Below, piece by piece: positions 44,297 to 56,646 of a stretch of DNA of 64,000 bases. The notes under the pieces were generated by a model. It searched no databases and had not been told where the DNA came from. It saw only the letters and a list, made by a program, of their open reading frames with translations. This DNA is from Candidatus Omnitrophota bacterium (GTDB lineage: Bacteria > Omnitrophota > Gorgyraeia > Gygaellales > Profunditerraquicolaceae): NCBI GenBank assembly GCA_041649115.1, contig JBAZNT010000009.1:10501-74500 (forward strand). The letters run 5' to 3'. The translations under genes and the position numbers were made by a program. The first letter of the stretch is position 1; every line of letters starts with the position of its first letter.

Positions 44297-45388
44297 ATGA
44301 AGTTTAAAACAGGGAAAGAGACCTTATTAACCGCAATACAAAGCGTACAGAATGTTATAAGTCCCAAGATAGCCTTACCTATATTATCAAATATTTTAAT
44401 CGAATCTCAACAGGACGCTATTAGATTAACCGCCACTGATTTAGATATAGGAATAACCTGTGTAATTAATGTGAATATTCAAGAAGTTGGGGCCATAACC
44501 ATACCAGCCAAAAGATTTAATGATATTATACGCGAATTACCGGGCGATGAAGTATCCATTACCACTAAAAAAAACAATCAGGTTAGCATTGAAACAGGCC
44601 AATGTCATTTTAAGGTTATGGGGTTGGCCCCCGAGGAGTTTCCTAAACTCCCAGATTTTAAAGATAAAGAAACCATTAAAATAGAGCAGGCTACCCTGAA
44701 ACACATGTTGGGGTTGACATCTTTTGCGGTATCTTCAGATGAAAGCCGCTATATCTTAAGCGGTATATTGTTTAAGATTCAAAAAAGCACCATCACGCTG
44801 GTTGCTACCGACGGAAAGCGCCTGGCGGTGGTTAATAAAAAACCAAAACAGGATATTGATAAAGATATCCAGATAATCGTTCCTTTAAAAACCATCCAGG
44901 AATTAAACCGCAATCTTCAAGAGGATGGGGATGTTTCAATGGTGTTGGGTGACAATCAGGTGATGTTTGATTTGGGTCAAACAGCCGTAATCTCGCGCTT
45001 GATTGAGGGGGAATTCCCCGATTATCGCCAGGTTATCCCGCCGCAATCAGAAAACAAAATGAGGGTTAATCGGGAAGAGTTTCTGTTGTCTGTAAAAAGG
45101 GCGGCTCTTTTATCAACCCCAGATTATCAAGCGGTAAAACTGGAGATCTTTAAAAATAAATTGGTGGTCTCTAAGTCTACTCCCGACGTGGGAGAATCCC
45201 GGGAAGAATTGGGGGTGGGTTATCAGGGCAAAGAGCTGATTATTGGTTTTAACCCGTTTTATTTAATAGATGTCCTTAAAAATCTTGAAGAAGACGAGAT
45301 AGATCTGGAGTTGACCGATAGCGAAAAACCCGGGGTAATACGTAGCAGCGGGTATATTTATATTGTCTTACCGATGCGTTTAGGTTAA
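44297..45388 (+). CDS. dnaN: DNA polymerase III beta sliding clamp
   Basis: MKFKTGKETLL...LPILSNILIE. Three-domain length. ATG at 44297 lies 6 nt after AAAGGAG (the ORF track's TTG at 44291 is less likely). Confidence 0.95.
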   Translation: MKFKTGKETLLTAIQSVQNVISPKIALPILSNILIESQQDAIRLTATDLDIGITCVINVNIQEVGAITIPAKRFNDIIRELPGDEVSITTKKNNQVSIETGQCHFKVMGLAPEEFPKLPDFKDKETIKIEQATLKHMLGLTSFAVSSDESRYILSGILFKIQKSTITLVATDGKRLAVVNKKPKQDIDKDIQIIVPLKTIQELNRNLQEDGDVSMVLGDNQVMFDLGQTAVISRLIEGEFPDYRQVIPPQSENKMRVNREEFLLSVKRAALLSTPDYQAVKLEIFKNKLVVSKSTPDVGESREELGVGYQGKELIIGFNPFYLIDVLKNLEEDEIDLELTDSEKPGVIRSSGYIYIVLPMRLG

Positions 45389-45391
45389 AAT

Positions 45392-48132
<2,741 letters not shown>

Positions 48133-48133
48133 T

Positions 48134-50563
48134 ATGTATACGCGTAACGAAAAGATAGTACCGGTTTATATTGAGGAGGAGGTAAAGGACGCCTATTTAA
48201 ATTACGCGATGAGCGTAATTGTGGGCCGGGCCCTGCCGGATGTGCGCGACGGCTTAAAGCCGGTGCACCGCCGCATCCTCTATGCTATGCAAGAGCTCAA
48301 CCTTGAGCACAGCAAGCCTTATAAGAAATGTGCCCGTATCGTCGGAGAGGTGCTGGGAAAATACCACCCCCACGGCGACGCCGCGGTGTATGATACCCTT
48401 GTCAGGATGGCGCAGGATTTTTCGCTGCGCTACCCCTTGGTTGACGGACAGGGGAATTTCGGCTCGGTTGACGGAGATACGGCAGCAGCGATGCGTTATA
48501 CCGAGGCCAGGCTTGCCTCCGTCGCTGACGATATCCTGGGGGATATTGATAAAGACACCGTAAATTTCGGGCCGAACTTTGATTCTTCTCTCCGGGAGCC
48601 GCTTTTGTTGCCGGCCTCTCTGCCCAACCTTTTGGTCAACGGCTCAAGCGGTATTGCCGTAGGCATGGCGACCAACATTCCGCCGCATAACCTTAATGAA
48701 ATAGCCGACGCAATTATTTATATTCTTGACCATCCCGAGGTCGAGGCAAAGGATCTCCTGCGGCATGTCAAGGGGCCGGATTTCCCAACCGGCGGGCTCA
48801 TCTGCGGCAAGGCAGGCATCAAAGACGCCTATACTACCGGCAGGGGCAAGCTTGTAGTGCGCGCCCGCGCCACCATAGAGCATCAGAAGAACGGCAAGGA
48901 CCTTATCGTAGTTACCGAGATCCCCTACCAGGTGCAGAAGGCTTCTTTGATTGAGGCCATGGCGGGGCTGGTGGAAGACAAGAAGATCGAGGGGGTATCG
49001 GATATCCGGGACGAATCCGATAAGGATGGCATGCGCATTGTGGTGGAGCTTAAACGTGATGCCGAAGCCCAGATTATTCTAAACCAACTCTTTAAGCATA
49101 CGCAGCTTGAGACCACCTTCGGCGTCATTATGCTGGCATTGGTGGAGAACCGCCCGCGCGTCCTAAACCTGCGCCAGATACTCGACGCCTATATTGAACA
49201 CCGCAAGGTCATCATACGCCGGCGCACCCAGTTTGAATTAGACAAGGCCCTAAAAAGGGCGCATATCCTGGAAGGCCTCAAGATCGCGCTTAAGTTCATC
49301 GACCGGATTATCAAGACCATCAAGACCTCCAAGAATACCGAGAACGCCAAGGAGCGCCTGGTTAAGGAATTTGATTTGTCCGAGGTTCAAGCCCAGGCGA
49401 TCCTTGAGATGCAGTTGCAGCGCTTGACTGCCCTGGAGCGCGAGAAGATTGATGCCGAATACGCCGAGCTCCTTAAAAAGATAGAGCTCTGCCGCGCGAT
49501 CCTTGCCTCCGAGAAGAAGATAGAGGGTATCATCAAGGAAGAGCTGGAGGGGCTCAAGAAGAAATACGGAGACGAACGCAAGACCGACGTTGCGGCGGAG
49601 GTAGAGGAGCTGGAGGTGGAGGATCTCATTGCGGAAGAGGACGTGGTAGTCACCATCAGCCACAGCGGCTATATCAAGCGCCTGCCGGTAAGCGCTTATC
49701 GTAAGCAAAAACGCGGGGGCAGGGGGGTTACTGGCGCAGAATTAAAGGAGGAGGATTTTATTGAGCACCTCTTCGTCGCCTCAACCAGGGATTACCTGCT
49801 TATCTTTACCGACAAGGGGCAGGTGCACTGGCTGAAGGTTTATGAGATCCCTCAGGCAAGCCGGACATCCAAGGGCAAGGCCATTGTTAACCTCCTGCAG
49901 ATGGCCCCCGGCAGCAAGATAAGTTCGACCATACCGGTAAAGGAATTCGCGGAGGATAGATATTTGGTAATGGTGACGAGGTGCGGGCAGGTTAAAAAGA
50001 CCAGGCTGGATTCCTACGGTAATCCGCGCAAGGGGGGCATCATTGGAATAACCCTGGATAAAGATGACGAGCTTATCGGTGTGGAGCTTACCGACGGTAA
50101 ACAAGAGTTATTGATTGGCACCCGCCAAGGAAAGGCAATCCGGTTTCTGGAGTCGAAGGTACGAGACATGGGGAGGGCGGCGCGCGGCGTACGCGCAATA
50201 TCCCTAAGCAAGAAAGACGGCGTTATTGATATGGTGGTGCCCCAAAAGGATTCCAGCATCCTGACGGTTACCGAATTGGGTTTTGCCAAACGCACGCCGG
50301 TAGAGGAATACCGCCTGACCAGCCGCGGCGGTAAAGGCATCATTAACATCAAGGTCACCGGCAAAAACGGGCAGGCAGTAAAACTCAAGACGGTTTCCGA
50401 CAAAGATGAACTAATGGTGATTACCCAAAACGGCATGTTTCTGCGTTGTGCCGTCAAGGATATCCGTGCTACCGGCAGGTCTGCCCAGGGGGTGCGTCTT
50501 ATCAAGCTCCAGGATAAGGACCGCGTTTCCTGTGTCGCCCCGGTAATTGCAGAAGAGGGTTAG
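48134..50563 (+). CDS. gyrA: DNA gyrase subunit A
   Basis: [27 protein letters not shown], active-site [10 protein letters not shown], GyrA-box-like [10 protein letters not shown]. Confidence 0.97.
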   Translation: MYTRNEKIVPVYIEEEVKDAYLNYAMSVIVGRALPDVRDGLKPVHRRILYAMQELNLEHSKPYKKCARIVGEVLGKYHPHGDAAVYDTLVRMAQDFSLRYPLVDGQGNFGSVDGDTAAAMRYTEARLASVADDILGDIDKDTVNFGPNFDSSLREPLLLPASLPNLLVNGSSGIAVGMATNIPPHNLNEIADAIIYILDHPEVEAKDLLRHVKGPDFPTGGLICGKAGIKDAYTTGRGKLVVRARATIEHQKNGKDLIVVTEIPYQVQKASLIEAMAGLVEDKKIEGVSDIRDESDKDGMRIVVELKRDAEAQIILNQLFKHTQLETTFGVIMLALVENRPRVLNLRQILDAYIEHRKVIIRRRTQFELDKALKRAHILEGLKIALKFIDRIIKTIKTSKNTENAKERLVKEFDLSEVQAQAILEMQLQRLTALEREKIDAEYAELLKKIELCRAILASEKKIEGIIKEELEGLKKKYGDERKTDVAAEVEELEVEDLIAEEDVVVTISHSGYIKRLPVSAYRKQKRGGRGVTGAELKEEDFIEHLFVASTRDYLLIFTDKGQVHWLKVYEIPQASRTSKGKAIVNLLQMAPGSKISSTIPVKEFAEDRYLVMVTRCGQVKKTRLDSYGNPRKGGIIGITLDKDDELIGVELTDGKQELLIGTRQGKAIRFLESKVRDMGRAARGVRAISLSKKDGVIDMVVPQKDSSILTVTELGFAKRTPVEEYRLTSRGGKGIINIKVTGKNGQAVKLKTVSDKDELMVITQNGMFLRCAVKDIRATGRSAQGVRLIKLQDKDRVSCVAPVIAEEG

Positions 50564-50566
50564 TTT

Positions 50567-50641
50567 GTCCCCATCGTCTAGTCTGGTCCAGGACAAGAGC
50601 TTTTCAAGCTCTCGACACCGGTTCAAATCCGGTTGGGGACG
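50567..50641 (+). tRNA. tRNA-Glu (anticodon TTC)
   Basis: Hand-folded. GTCCCCA acceptor, anticodon stem AGAGC/GCTCT with loop TTTTCAA, T-arm CCGGTTCAAATCCGG. Confidence 0.9.
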
Positions 50642-50651
50642 CTTATTTTAA

Positions 50652-52493
50652 ATGTGCGGGATAATCGGATATATCGGAGATAGAGATGTCCAGCCCGTTC
50701 TTCTTAACGGGCTTAAGCGCCTGGAGTATCGCGGTTACGATTCCAGCGGCATGGCGGTACTGCTTGGCAAGAAGCCCGCTATTTCAATCAGGAAATCCCC
50801 AGGCAAAATCAGCGCCCTTGAAAAACTGCTAGGAAATAAGCCTCTCTGCGGCACGCTCGGCATTGCCCATACCCGCTGGGCTACCCACGGAGCACCCACC
50901 CGGATTAACGCCCACCCCCACAGTGACTGCAATAAGGAGATTGCGCTGGCGCACAACGGCATCATCGAGAATTATGAATCGCTCAAGGCCCAGCTTATTA
51001 AAGAGGGGCATCGTTTCTTGAGCCAGACCGACACCGAGGTCATCGTGCATTTGATTGAGAAATTCTACAAGACCAACGTTTTATTGGAAGACGCGGTGCG
51101 GCGCGCCCTGAAGCTCGTAGTGGGTTCTTATGCTATTGCGGTTATCAGCAGCAGGGAGCCGCAGAAATTGGTAGGGGCTCGCTTCGGAAGCCCTCTGATT
51201 GTCGGGCTGGGGAGTAGCGAGAACTTTTTGGCTTCGGATGTGCCGGCGATTATGGAATACACCAAAGAGGTTGTTTTTCTTGGCGAGAAAGAAATAGCGG
51301 TCCTGGAGCGCGGCAACGTCAGGATAACCGATATCGAAGGGGAGCAGCTGCGCAAGAAGGCCAGCCTTATCGCCTGGGATATCGCTCAGGCCCAGAAGCA
51401 GGGCTATAAGCACTTTATGCTTAAAGAAATAAATGAGCAGCCCCAGATTATCGATAAATTTTTGAGCGCCAGGATTAAAAACGGCGGCTCCGAGGTCGTT
51501 TTTCAGGAACAGGACATACCCGAAGATAAGCTCAAGAGCGTCAGGAATATAGCGATAGTAGCCTGTGGTACCGCCTGCCATGCGGGCTTGGTCGGCAAAT
51601 ACATTTTAGAATCCCTTTGTTCCATTCCCGTTACGGTAGATGTCTCAAGCGAGTTCCGTTACCGCAAGTTGCTTATAGATTCCGATACCCTGGTGGTAGC
51701 GATAAGTCAATCCGGAGAAACGGCGGATACCTTGGCAGGCGTCAAGGAGGCCAGGAAGCTGGGCGCCTCCGTATTGTCGATTTGCAATGTAGTAGGCTCC
51801 ACCCTTACCCGCGAGTCCGACGGAATTATCTATACCCATGCCGGTCCCGAGATCGGGGTAGCCTCTACCAAGGCCTATACTGCCCAGTTGGTAGCTTTGT
51901 ATCTTTTGGCCTTTTATCTGGCGGAGACCAGAAATATCCTGAATCAGAAGGAGGTCTGCGGGTATCTGCAAGGATTAAGGAGGATTCCGAGGCTGCAGGA
52001 AGACATTTTGAGAAAGCAGGAAGAGATTGCCAGGCTTGCGCGTCGGCATTCGCACTTCGGCTCATTCTTGTACCTGGGCCGCAACATTAATTTCCCCTCC
52101 GCATTAGAGGGGGCGCTCAAGCTTAAAGAGATTTCTTACATCCCGGCCGAAGGGTATGCCGCCGGAGAGATGAAGCACGGCCCCATCGCCCTTATTGATG
52201 AGTACCGGGCAGTAGTATGCATTGCCCCCCGGTCCCCCATTTACGATAAGATGATTTCAAACATCCAGGAGATACGCAGCCGGGGGGGCAGGATTATCCT
52301 TATTGCCACTGAAGGAGATGAAGAGATCAAGGAGCTCGCGGGGGAGGTTATCTATATCCCCCGGGTGGAGGAATTCTTTTCTCCGTTGCTCGTGGCTTTG
52401 CCCCTGCAGTTATTGGCCTACCATATTGCGGTAAAACGCGGTTGTGATGTGGACCAGCCGCGCAATCTCGCTAAATCCGTAACCGTGGAATAA
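50652..52493 (+). CDS. glmS: Glutamine--fructose-6-phosphate aminotransferase
   Basis: MCGIIGY N-terminal nucleophile, two SIS domains, C-terminal KSVTVE. Confidence 0.97.
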   Translation: MCGIIGYIGDRDVQPVLLNGLKRLEYRGYDSSGMAVLLGKKPAISIRKSPGKISALEKLLGNKPLCGTLGIAHTRWATHGAPTRINAHPHSDCNKEIALAHNGIIENYESLKAQLIKEGHRFLSQTDTEVIVHLIEKFYKTNVLLEDAVRRALKLVVGSYAIAVISSREPQKLVGARFGSPLIVGLGSSENFLASDVPAIMEYTKEVVFLGEKEIAVLERGNVRITDIEGEQLRKKASLIAWDIAQAQKQGYKHFMLKEINEQPQIIDKFLSARIKNGGSEVVFQEQDIPEDKLKSVRNIAIVACGTACHAGLVGKYILESLCSIPVTVDVSSEFRYRKLLIDSDTLVVAISQSGETADTLAGVKEARKLGASVLSICNVVGSTLTRESDGIIYTHAGPEIGVASTKAYTAQLVALYLLAFYLAETRNILNQKEVCGYLQGLRRIPRLQEDILRKQEEIARLARRHSHFGSFLYLGRNINFPSALEGALKLKEISYIPAEGYAAGEMKHGPIALIDEYRAVVCIAPRSPIYDKMISNIQEIRSRGGRIILIATEGDEEIKELAGEVIYIPRVEEFFSPLLVALPLQLLAYHIAVKRGCDVDQPRNLAKSVTVE

Positions 52494-53146
52494 TGCTTTA
52501 TATCGTTGCTACCCCCATCGGCAATCTAAAAGACATAACCCTGCGCGCCCTGGAGGTAATGAGGTCCGTAGACCTGATAGCCTGTGAGGACACGCGGCGT
52601 ACCCGCATCCTATTGCAGCATTACGGCATAACCGTTCCCACAACCAGTTATTTTCAACACAATCGCATTACCAAGGGGCAACGCATCCTGGAAGTGCTTA
52701 AGGAAGGCAGGTCCGTTGCTCTGGTTTCAGATGCCGGCACGCCAGGGATACTTGACCCCGGCTACCACATTATAAATTTGGCGATAAAGAACAATGTCGC
52801 GGTTACGGTCATACCGGGGCCCGCAGCTTTTATCGTCGCCCTGGTGGCATCTGGCAAGCCGGCGCACCGTTTTATATTTGAAGGGTTTCTGCCTATAAAG
52901 GCGCAGGCGCGGCGTAACCGCCTAAAGGAACTCGCGCAATTTAAATATACCGTCGTATTCTATGAGTCCTGCCACCGCATCCTTGCGACGCTAGCAGATA
53001 TCAAGGGTCTCTGGCCGGAGCATGAGGTTGTTGTCGGCAGAGAGCTTACCAAGAAGTTTGAAGAGATTATCCGCGCCAGGCCCGAAGATATCATTTCCCG
53101 CCTTAAGGCCGCTCCCGCGCGCGGAGAGTTCGTGGTGATAATATAA
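52493..53146 (+). CDS. rsmI: 16S rRNA (cytidine1402-2'-O)-methyltransferase
   Basis: LYIVATPIGNLKDITLRALEVM..ACEDTR, SDAGTPGILDPG. Confidence 0.9.
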   Translation: MLYIVATPIGNLKDITLRALEVMRSVDLIACEDTRRTRILLQHYGITVPTTSYFQHNRITKGQRILEVLKEGRSVALVSDAGTPGILDPGYHIINLAIKNNVAVTVIPGPAAFIVALVASGKPAHRFIFEGFLPIKAQARRNRLKELAQFKYTVVFYESCHRILATLADIKGLWPEHEVVVGRELTKKFEEIIRARPEDIISRLKAAPARGEFVVII

Positions 53147-53161
53147 AATCAGGGTAATAAA

Positions 53162-53503
53162 TCACTCGATAGTTACGTTGACGCTGATGGTGAGATTTTG
53201 GTCTTGGCTGGTAGCCTGGGAGATGCTGATATTGGTATAGGTCTTTTCGTATACTACGCCGTCTTCTTCCGTGAGGTTATTGGTTATCCCCAGGCTTCTG
53301 TCGGCGGGGTTGGAAGAAGTGGTGTTGAATGTCCCGGCGCGCACGCCCAGGTTGCCGTATTGCAATCCTTCCACCTTGGCATTGTAGCTAGCGCGCTTTA
53401 GAAAATCCTGCTCTATGATGCGGTAGACATTGGGGGCCAGTCCGGCAAAGATGCCGCTTAGGATGAAAGCGATCATTAAGATGACGGATATGATATAGAC
53501 CAT
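53162..53503 (-). CDS. N-terminally anchored small protein, possible PilX/GspK-like minor pseudopilin (no Glu5)
   Basis: Start at ATG 53503 (2 nt after the upstream stop) gives MVYIISVILMIAFILSGIFAGL followed by a Ser/Thr/Asn-rich beta-type region. Last gene of the pilin operon. Confidence 0.4.
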   Translation of the reverse strand: MVYIISVILMIAFILSGIFAGLAPNVYRIIEQDFLKRASYNAKVEGLQYGNLGVRAGTFNTTSSNPADRSLGITNNLTEEDGVVYEKTYTNISISQATSQDQNLTISVNVTIE

Positions 53504-53505
53504 CC

Positions 53506-54054
53506 CTAACTGCTCCCGACCGCGTCCGTGAACCAAAAGCGCAGCCCTTCGGTTTTAGAGATATTGCCTTCGAGCGTAGCGGCGGTTACGGTTACGGTAA
53601 GAAAATTCGGCTCGGCACCCTCGTAGTATTGAAACGTAATGTTGGGTGAATATTGCGCGTCAATCAGTATCTCTTTTTGGTCGGGGCTGTATTTAAGAAC
53701 GAGGTTCTTTGATTCGTCCAGACAGTAGGTGTATACCGTATTGTCGGTGGAGTTATCAGGGGTGATGTTGTGGATATCGGATTCTCCCTCAAAACTGAAA
53801 GAATCTTTTGCTCCGTCTAGGCCCGCAGTAAAGAGAGATTCGTCTTCAATGCGAACGGCGCTTAAGCAGTGCAGGCGGATGTTCTCCAGGGCATAATCCA
53901 TCTGCAGATGGACATTCTGTACCCTGATGTTTTCAAGGAGCCTGCCGTAAACGAAGAGATACCCCCCGGCTACCGTAGCCAGGATTACGGATATCAGGAT
54001 GATGGCTATGAGAAGCTCCAACAGAGTGACCGCCGCGCGGGATTTATTATTCAT
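53506..54054 (-). CDS. Prepilin-type N-terminal domain protein (minor pilin/pseudopilin, PilW/GspJ-like size)
   Basis: MNNKSRAA|VTLLELLIAIILISVILATVAGG has a class III signal-like hydrophobic helix with Glu at +5. Overlaps the upstream gene by 8 nt. Confidence 0.7.
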   Translation of the reverse strand: MNNKSRAAVTLLELLIAIILISVILATVAGGYLFVYGRLLENIRVQNVHLQMDYALENIRLHCLSAVRIEDESLFTAGLDGAKDSFSFEGESDIHNITPDNSTDNTVYTYCLDESKNLVLKYSPDQKEILIDAQYSPNITFQYYEGAEPNFLTVTVTAATLEGNISKTEGLRFWFTDAVGSS

Positions 54055-54901
54055 TCGCCTCTTCTATGGCAACCACCGTTAGATCTGCCTCCCTAAGCAG
54101 GATCGTGCCCCGGGAGGTATCCTTGCACCATTTTATCGCAATGGTATGGTTTCCCGGGGAAAGGGCATCGTTTTCCGTAAGGGCCACGACGTTATTAATC
54201 AACGGCTGAGTAATGATAGGGGTACGGCTAACGACGGGCTTTGGCCCGACGTCATCCACAAAGCACCCTGTATAGATTGTATCGGTTGAATTGATGCCGG
54301 TAGCATCCTGCACGTTCGTCGCAACATTGTATATTACGAGAAGCTCTTTGGGGACTTCGTAATTCAGATTCAATGCCAATTTGACATTGTCTCCGATTAC
54401 CTGCGCTCCTGCGAAATTCCCGGGGTTGGAGGAATACCGCGCTTCGCTGTCTCCTGCCTGGTCTCGCGAGATCCATACGGAGGCTGCGTGGATAAAAGGG
54501 TAAGGAACGATGTTTGTCAGCCGGACGATTTTTTGGTAAATATTTCCGGTTTTATCAGTCTCGTTATAAAACGCAAGGGTCTCTATCTGTTTATACGGTA
54601 TAGCCCTGGCACTTCCTTCATATCGCTGCGTTACATTCACCTGCAATTTTATGGTCCCCGAAGAGTCCAGGTTTTCTCCGGGGGTCAAGTCCGAATAGGA
54701 TTTTGCCAGGTATTTTTCCATTCCCACCAGCGCTGCCCGCATGGCCCGGGATTTGTTTTCGGCCTGTTTCAGGAAAAACCTTCCCGTTGAAACGGCTGCT
54801 ACGGCAGCGCTGATCCCGATTACTATCAGGATCAGCGCTATTAGTACCTCCAGAAATGTAAAGCCTCGCAAGCGAGAGGCGCGGTTTTTTTGCTGCAACA
54901 T
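54047..54901 (-). CDS. Prepilin-type N-terminal domain protein (large minor pilin, PilV-like N-terminus)
   Basis: SRLRG|FTFLEVLIALILIVIGISAAVAAV has the canonical G|FT(F/L)xE motif. 284 aa. The ATG lies 2 nt after the upstream stop. Confidence 0.75.
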   Translation of the reverse strand: MLQQKNRASRLRGFTFLEVLIALILIVIGISAAVAAVSTGRFFLKQAENKSRAMRAALVGMEKYLAKSYSDLTPGENLDSSGTIKLQVNVTQRYEGSARAIPYKQIETLAFYNETDKTGNIYQKIVRLTNIVPYPFIHAASVWISRDQAGDSEARYSSNPGNFAGAQVIGDNVKLALNLNYEVPKELLVIYNVATNVQDATGINSTDTIYTGCFVDDVGPKPVVSRTPIITQPLINNVVALTENDALSPGNHTIAIKWCKDTSRGTILLREADLTVVAIEEANE

Positions 54902-54903
54902 TA

Positions 54904-55773
54904 TTATTCTTGTCTGGAGCCAAGAGGCAACATCGTTATATTTAAACTACGCATATTTGCCGGGCTCTCGATCTTCATGCAGGTATCGTTATACCATTTA
55001 ATTTCGATATCCATGGCGTCCGGGAATTCCCCTCCGAAATCCTCCTTGGAAAGCAGGCAACTGCCCGTAGCCGTGGGGTCCCATTTGATTACCGGTTTGG
55101 GTTTTGGCGGTTTCGGTTCATTGCTGCGGCTTATCCCGGCGTCCGGTATGCTCATGATTGCCGCCGGCCCCATGGCCGCGCCGTTGATAAATGCGCGCGT
55201 GTAAACCTGTCCTCCGGTGAACTGTTGCGAGGTAGTGCCGTGCCACTTTCTGCAGAGGCGCGGGGAAACTTTATAGGCGGAGGTCTTGTAGCCTTCCACG
55301 CGCACGGTCCAGGAGATAAGCACTTTGGAGGTTGTTTTGAAGTTCACGGGCAGCTTAAATCCGGATATCAACAGCTTGCCGCTTCCATTGTTATCCGCTA
55401 TGGATTGCCAGCCCGTTAACACCGAGGCGGGAGGCTGACTAGATTGGGTGCTTTTGAGCCAGAGCGGAGCAAGGCCTATGCCGGTATCTGCAGACCCGTC
55501 CCCGTTGCCAGCAGTGAAAGGATATCTGCATTCAGGGTCGCTGCAGACAGTTTTAATATACGCCTCGCACCCGGAGTTATCTCCGGAAGCCGCGATGAAT
55601 TGGGGGTAGCGGGTAGGCCCGTATACGGCGGTAGTGTTGCCTATTACCCGGGCTACCTTAGGCGCAGGGGTTGCGGTTTGGGCGGTGGTTTCCGCAAAAG
55701 AATCGGGGTGGGTAAAAACAGAGATAGCTGTCGCGGCACCCACCAGAAAAGCAAGGAGCCTTTTCCTGTTCAT
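54904..55773 (-). CDS. Exported protein of unknown family, paralog B (289 aa)
   Basis: Signal peptide LLAFLVGAATAISVF..SFA. About half of aligned positions are identical to the upstream gene by eye. Six conserved Cys. No motif I recognise. Confidence 0.6.
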   Translation of the reverse strand: MNRKRLLAFLVGAATAISVFTHPDSFAETTAQTATPAPKVARVIGNTTAVYGPTRYPQFIAASGDNSGCEAYIKTVCSDPECRYPFTAGNGDGSADTGIGLAPLWLKSTQSSQPPASVLTGWQSIADNNGSGKLLISGFKLPVNFKTTSKVLISWTVRVEGYKTSAYKVSPRLCRKWHGTTSQQFTGGQVYTRAFINGAAMGPAAIMSIPDAGISRSNEPKPPKPKPVIKWDPTATGSCLLSKEDFGGEFPDAMDIEIKWYNDTCMKIESPANMRSLNITMLPLGSRQE

Positions 55774-55807
55774 TTATTCTCCTTTAGCCCGCGGGGAGTC
55801 GCAACTA

Positions 55808-56626
55808 TCAATTATCCGTTGTAATCGGAACAGTAGTAATTGTCAGGTTGCGCATTTTCGCAGGGCTCTTGATTTTCATACAGGTGTCATTATACCACTT
55901 TACCTCGATATCCATCTTCTCCGGAAAGCTTGTTCCAAAGTCGTTTTTTGACAATAGGCAACTTCCGCTTAAAGTAGGGTCGTGGGGGTTGACGGAGACC
56001 ACTGTATCAGAGGAGCCGGGGATAGACATAGAGGCGGGCGTCCCCATGGGGGCCCCGTTTACGTAGAGTCGGGTATGAACCTGTCCTCCGGGAAACTGCT
56101 GCCAGGAAGTGCCGTGCCAGGGCCGGCAGAGGGTAGGCCAGGGGTTATAGGCGTCCACGGCGTAGCCCTCGATGCGCACCGTCCAGGTAACGAGCATCTT
56201 AGAGGAATTTCTATATCTATCGGCCAGCTGAAAGCCGGCTATCTTTAAATCAGGGATAGTTTCATAGCCCTTGAGCGCAATGAAAGACTTGGCTCCCGAA
56301 CTATTGGTGCTCTTGAGCCAAAGAGGGGCCAGGGACATCCCGGTATCTGCCTTGCCGTCGCCTATGCCGTATTGCAACGGATTAAGGCACTCCGCATCGG
56401 TGCACTTCTCTTTCAGATAGTTTCCGCAGGTGGGGTTATCGCTGTCAAAATGGTAGAACGAAGGGTAGCGGGTCGGCCCCAAAGATGCATCGGTGGTTCC
56501 GATCACCTGTTTTAGGGTGGGGGCGGCTGTAGGCGTCATCTGGGTGGTAGTCTCTGCCATGCATAAGGCGCAGCACGTCCATGCCGCGATGATAATCAAT
56601 GCGCTTATCGTTATTCTGCTTTTCAT
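55808..56626 (-). CDS. Exported protein of unknown family, paralog A (272 aa)
   Basis: Signal peptide ISALIIIAAWTCCALCMA. Shares blocks GPTRYP, GDGxADTGxxLAPLWLKST, WTVRxEGY, CRxWHGTxxQQFxGGQVxTR, GSCLLSKxDFGxxFPxxMDIExKWYNDTCMKIxSPAxMRxL with paralog B. Confidence 0.6.
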   Translation of the reverse strand: MKSRITISALIIIAAWTCCALCMAETTTQMTPTAAPTLKQVIGTTDASLGPTRYPSFYHFDSDNPTCGNYLKEKCTDAECLNPLQYGIGDGKADTGMSLAPLWLKSTNSSGAKSFIALKGYETIPDLKIAGFQLADRYRNSSKMLVTWTVRIEGYAVDAYNPWPTLCRPWHGTSWQQFPGGQVHTRLYVNGAPMGTPASMSIPGSSDTVVSVNPHDPTLSGSCLLSKNDFGTSFPEKMDIEVKWYNDTCMKIKSPAKMRNLTITTVPITTDN

Positions 56627-56646
56627 TCCTCCTCCTTCCTGTTTGG

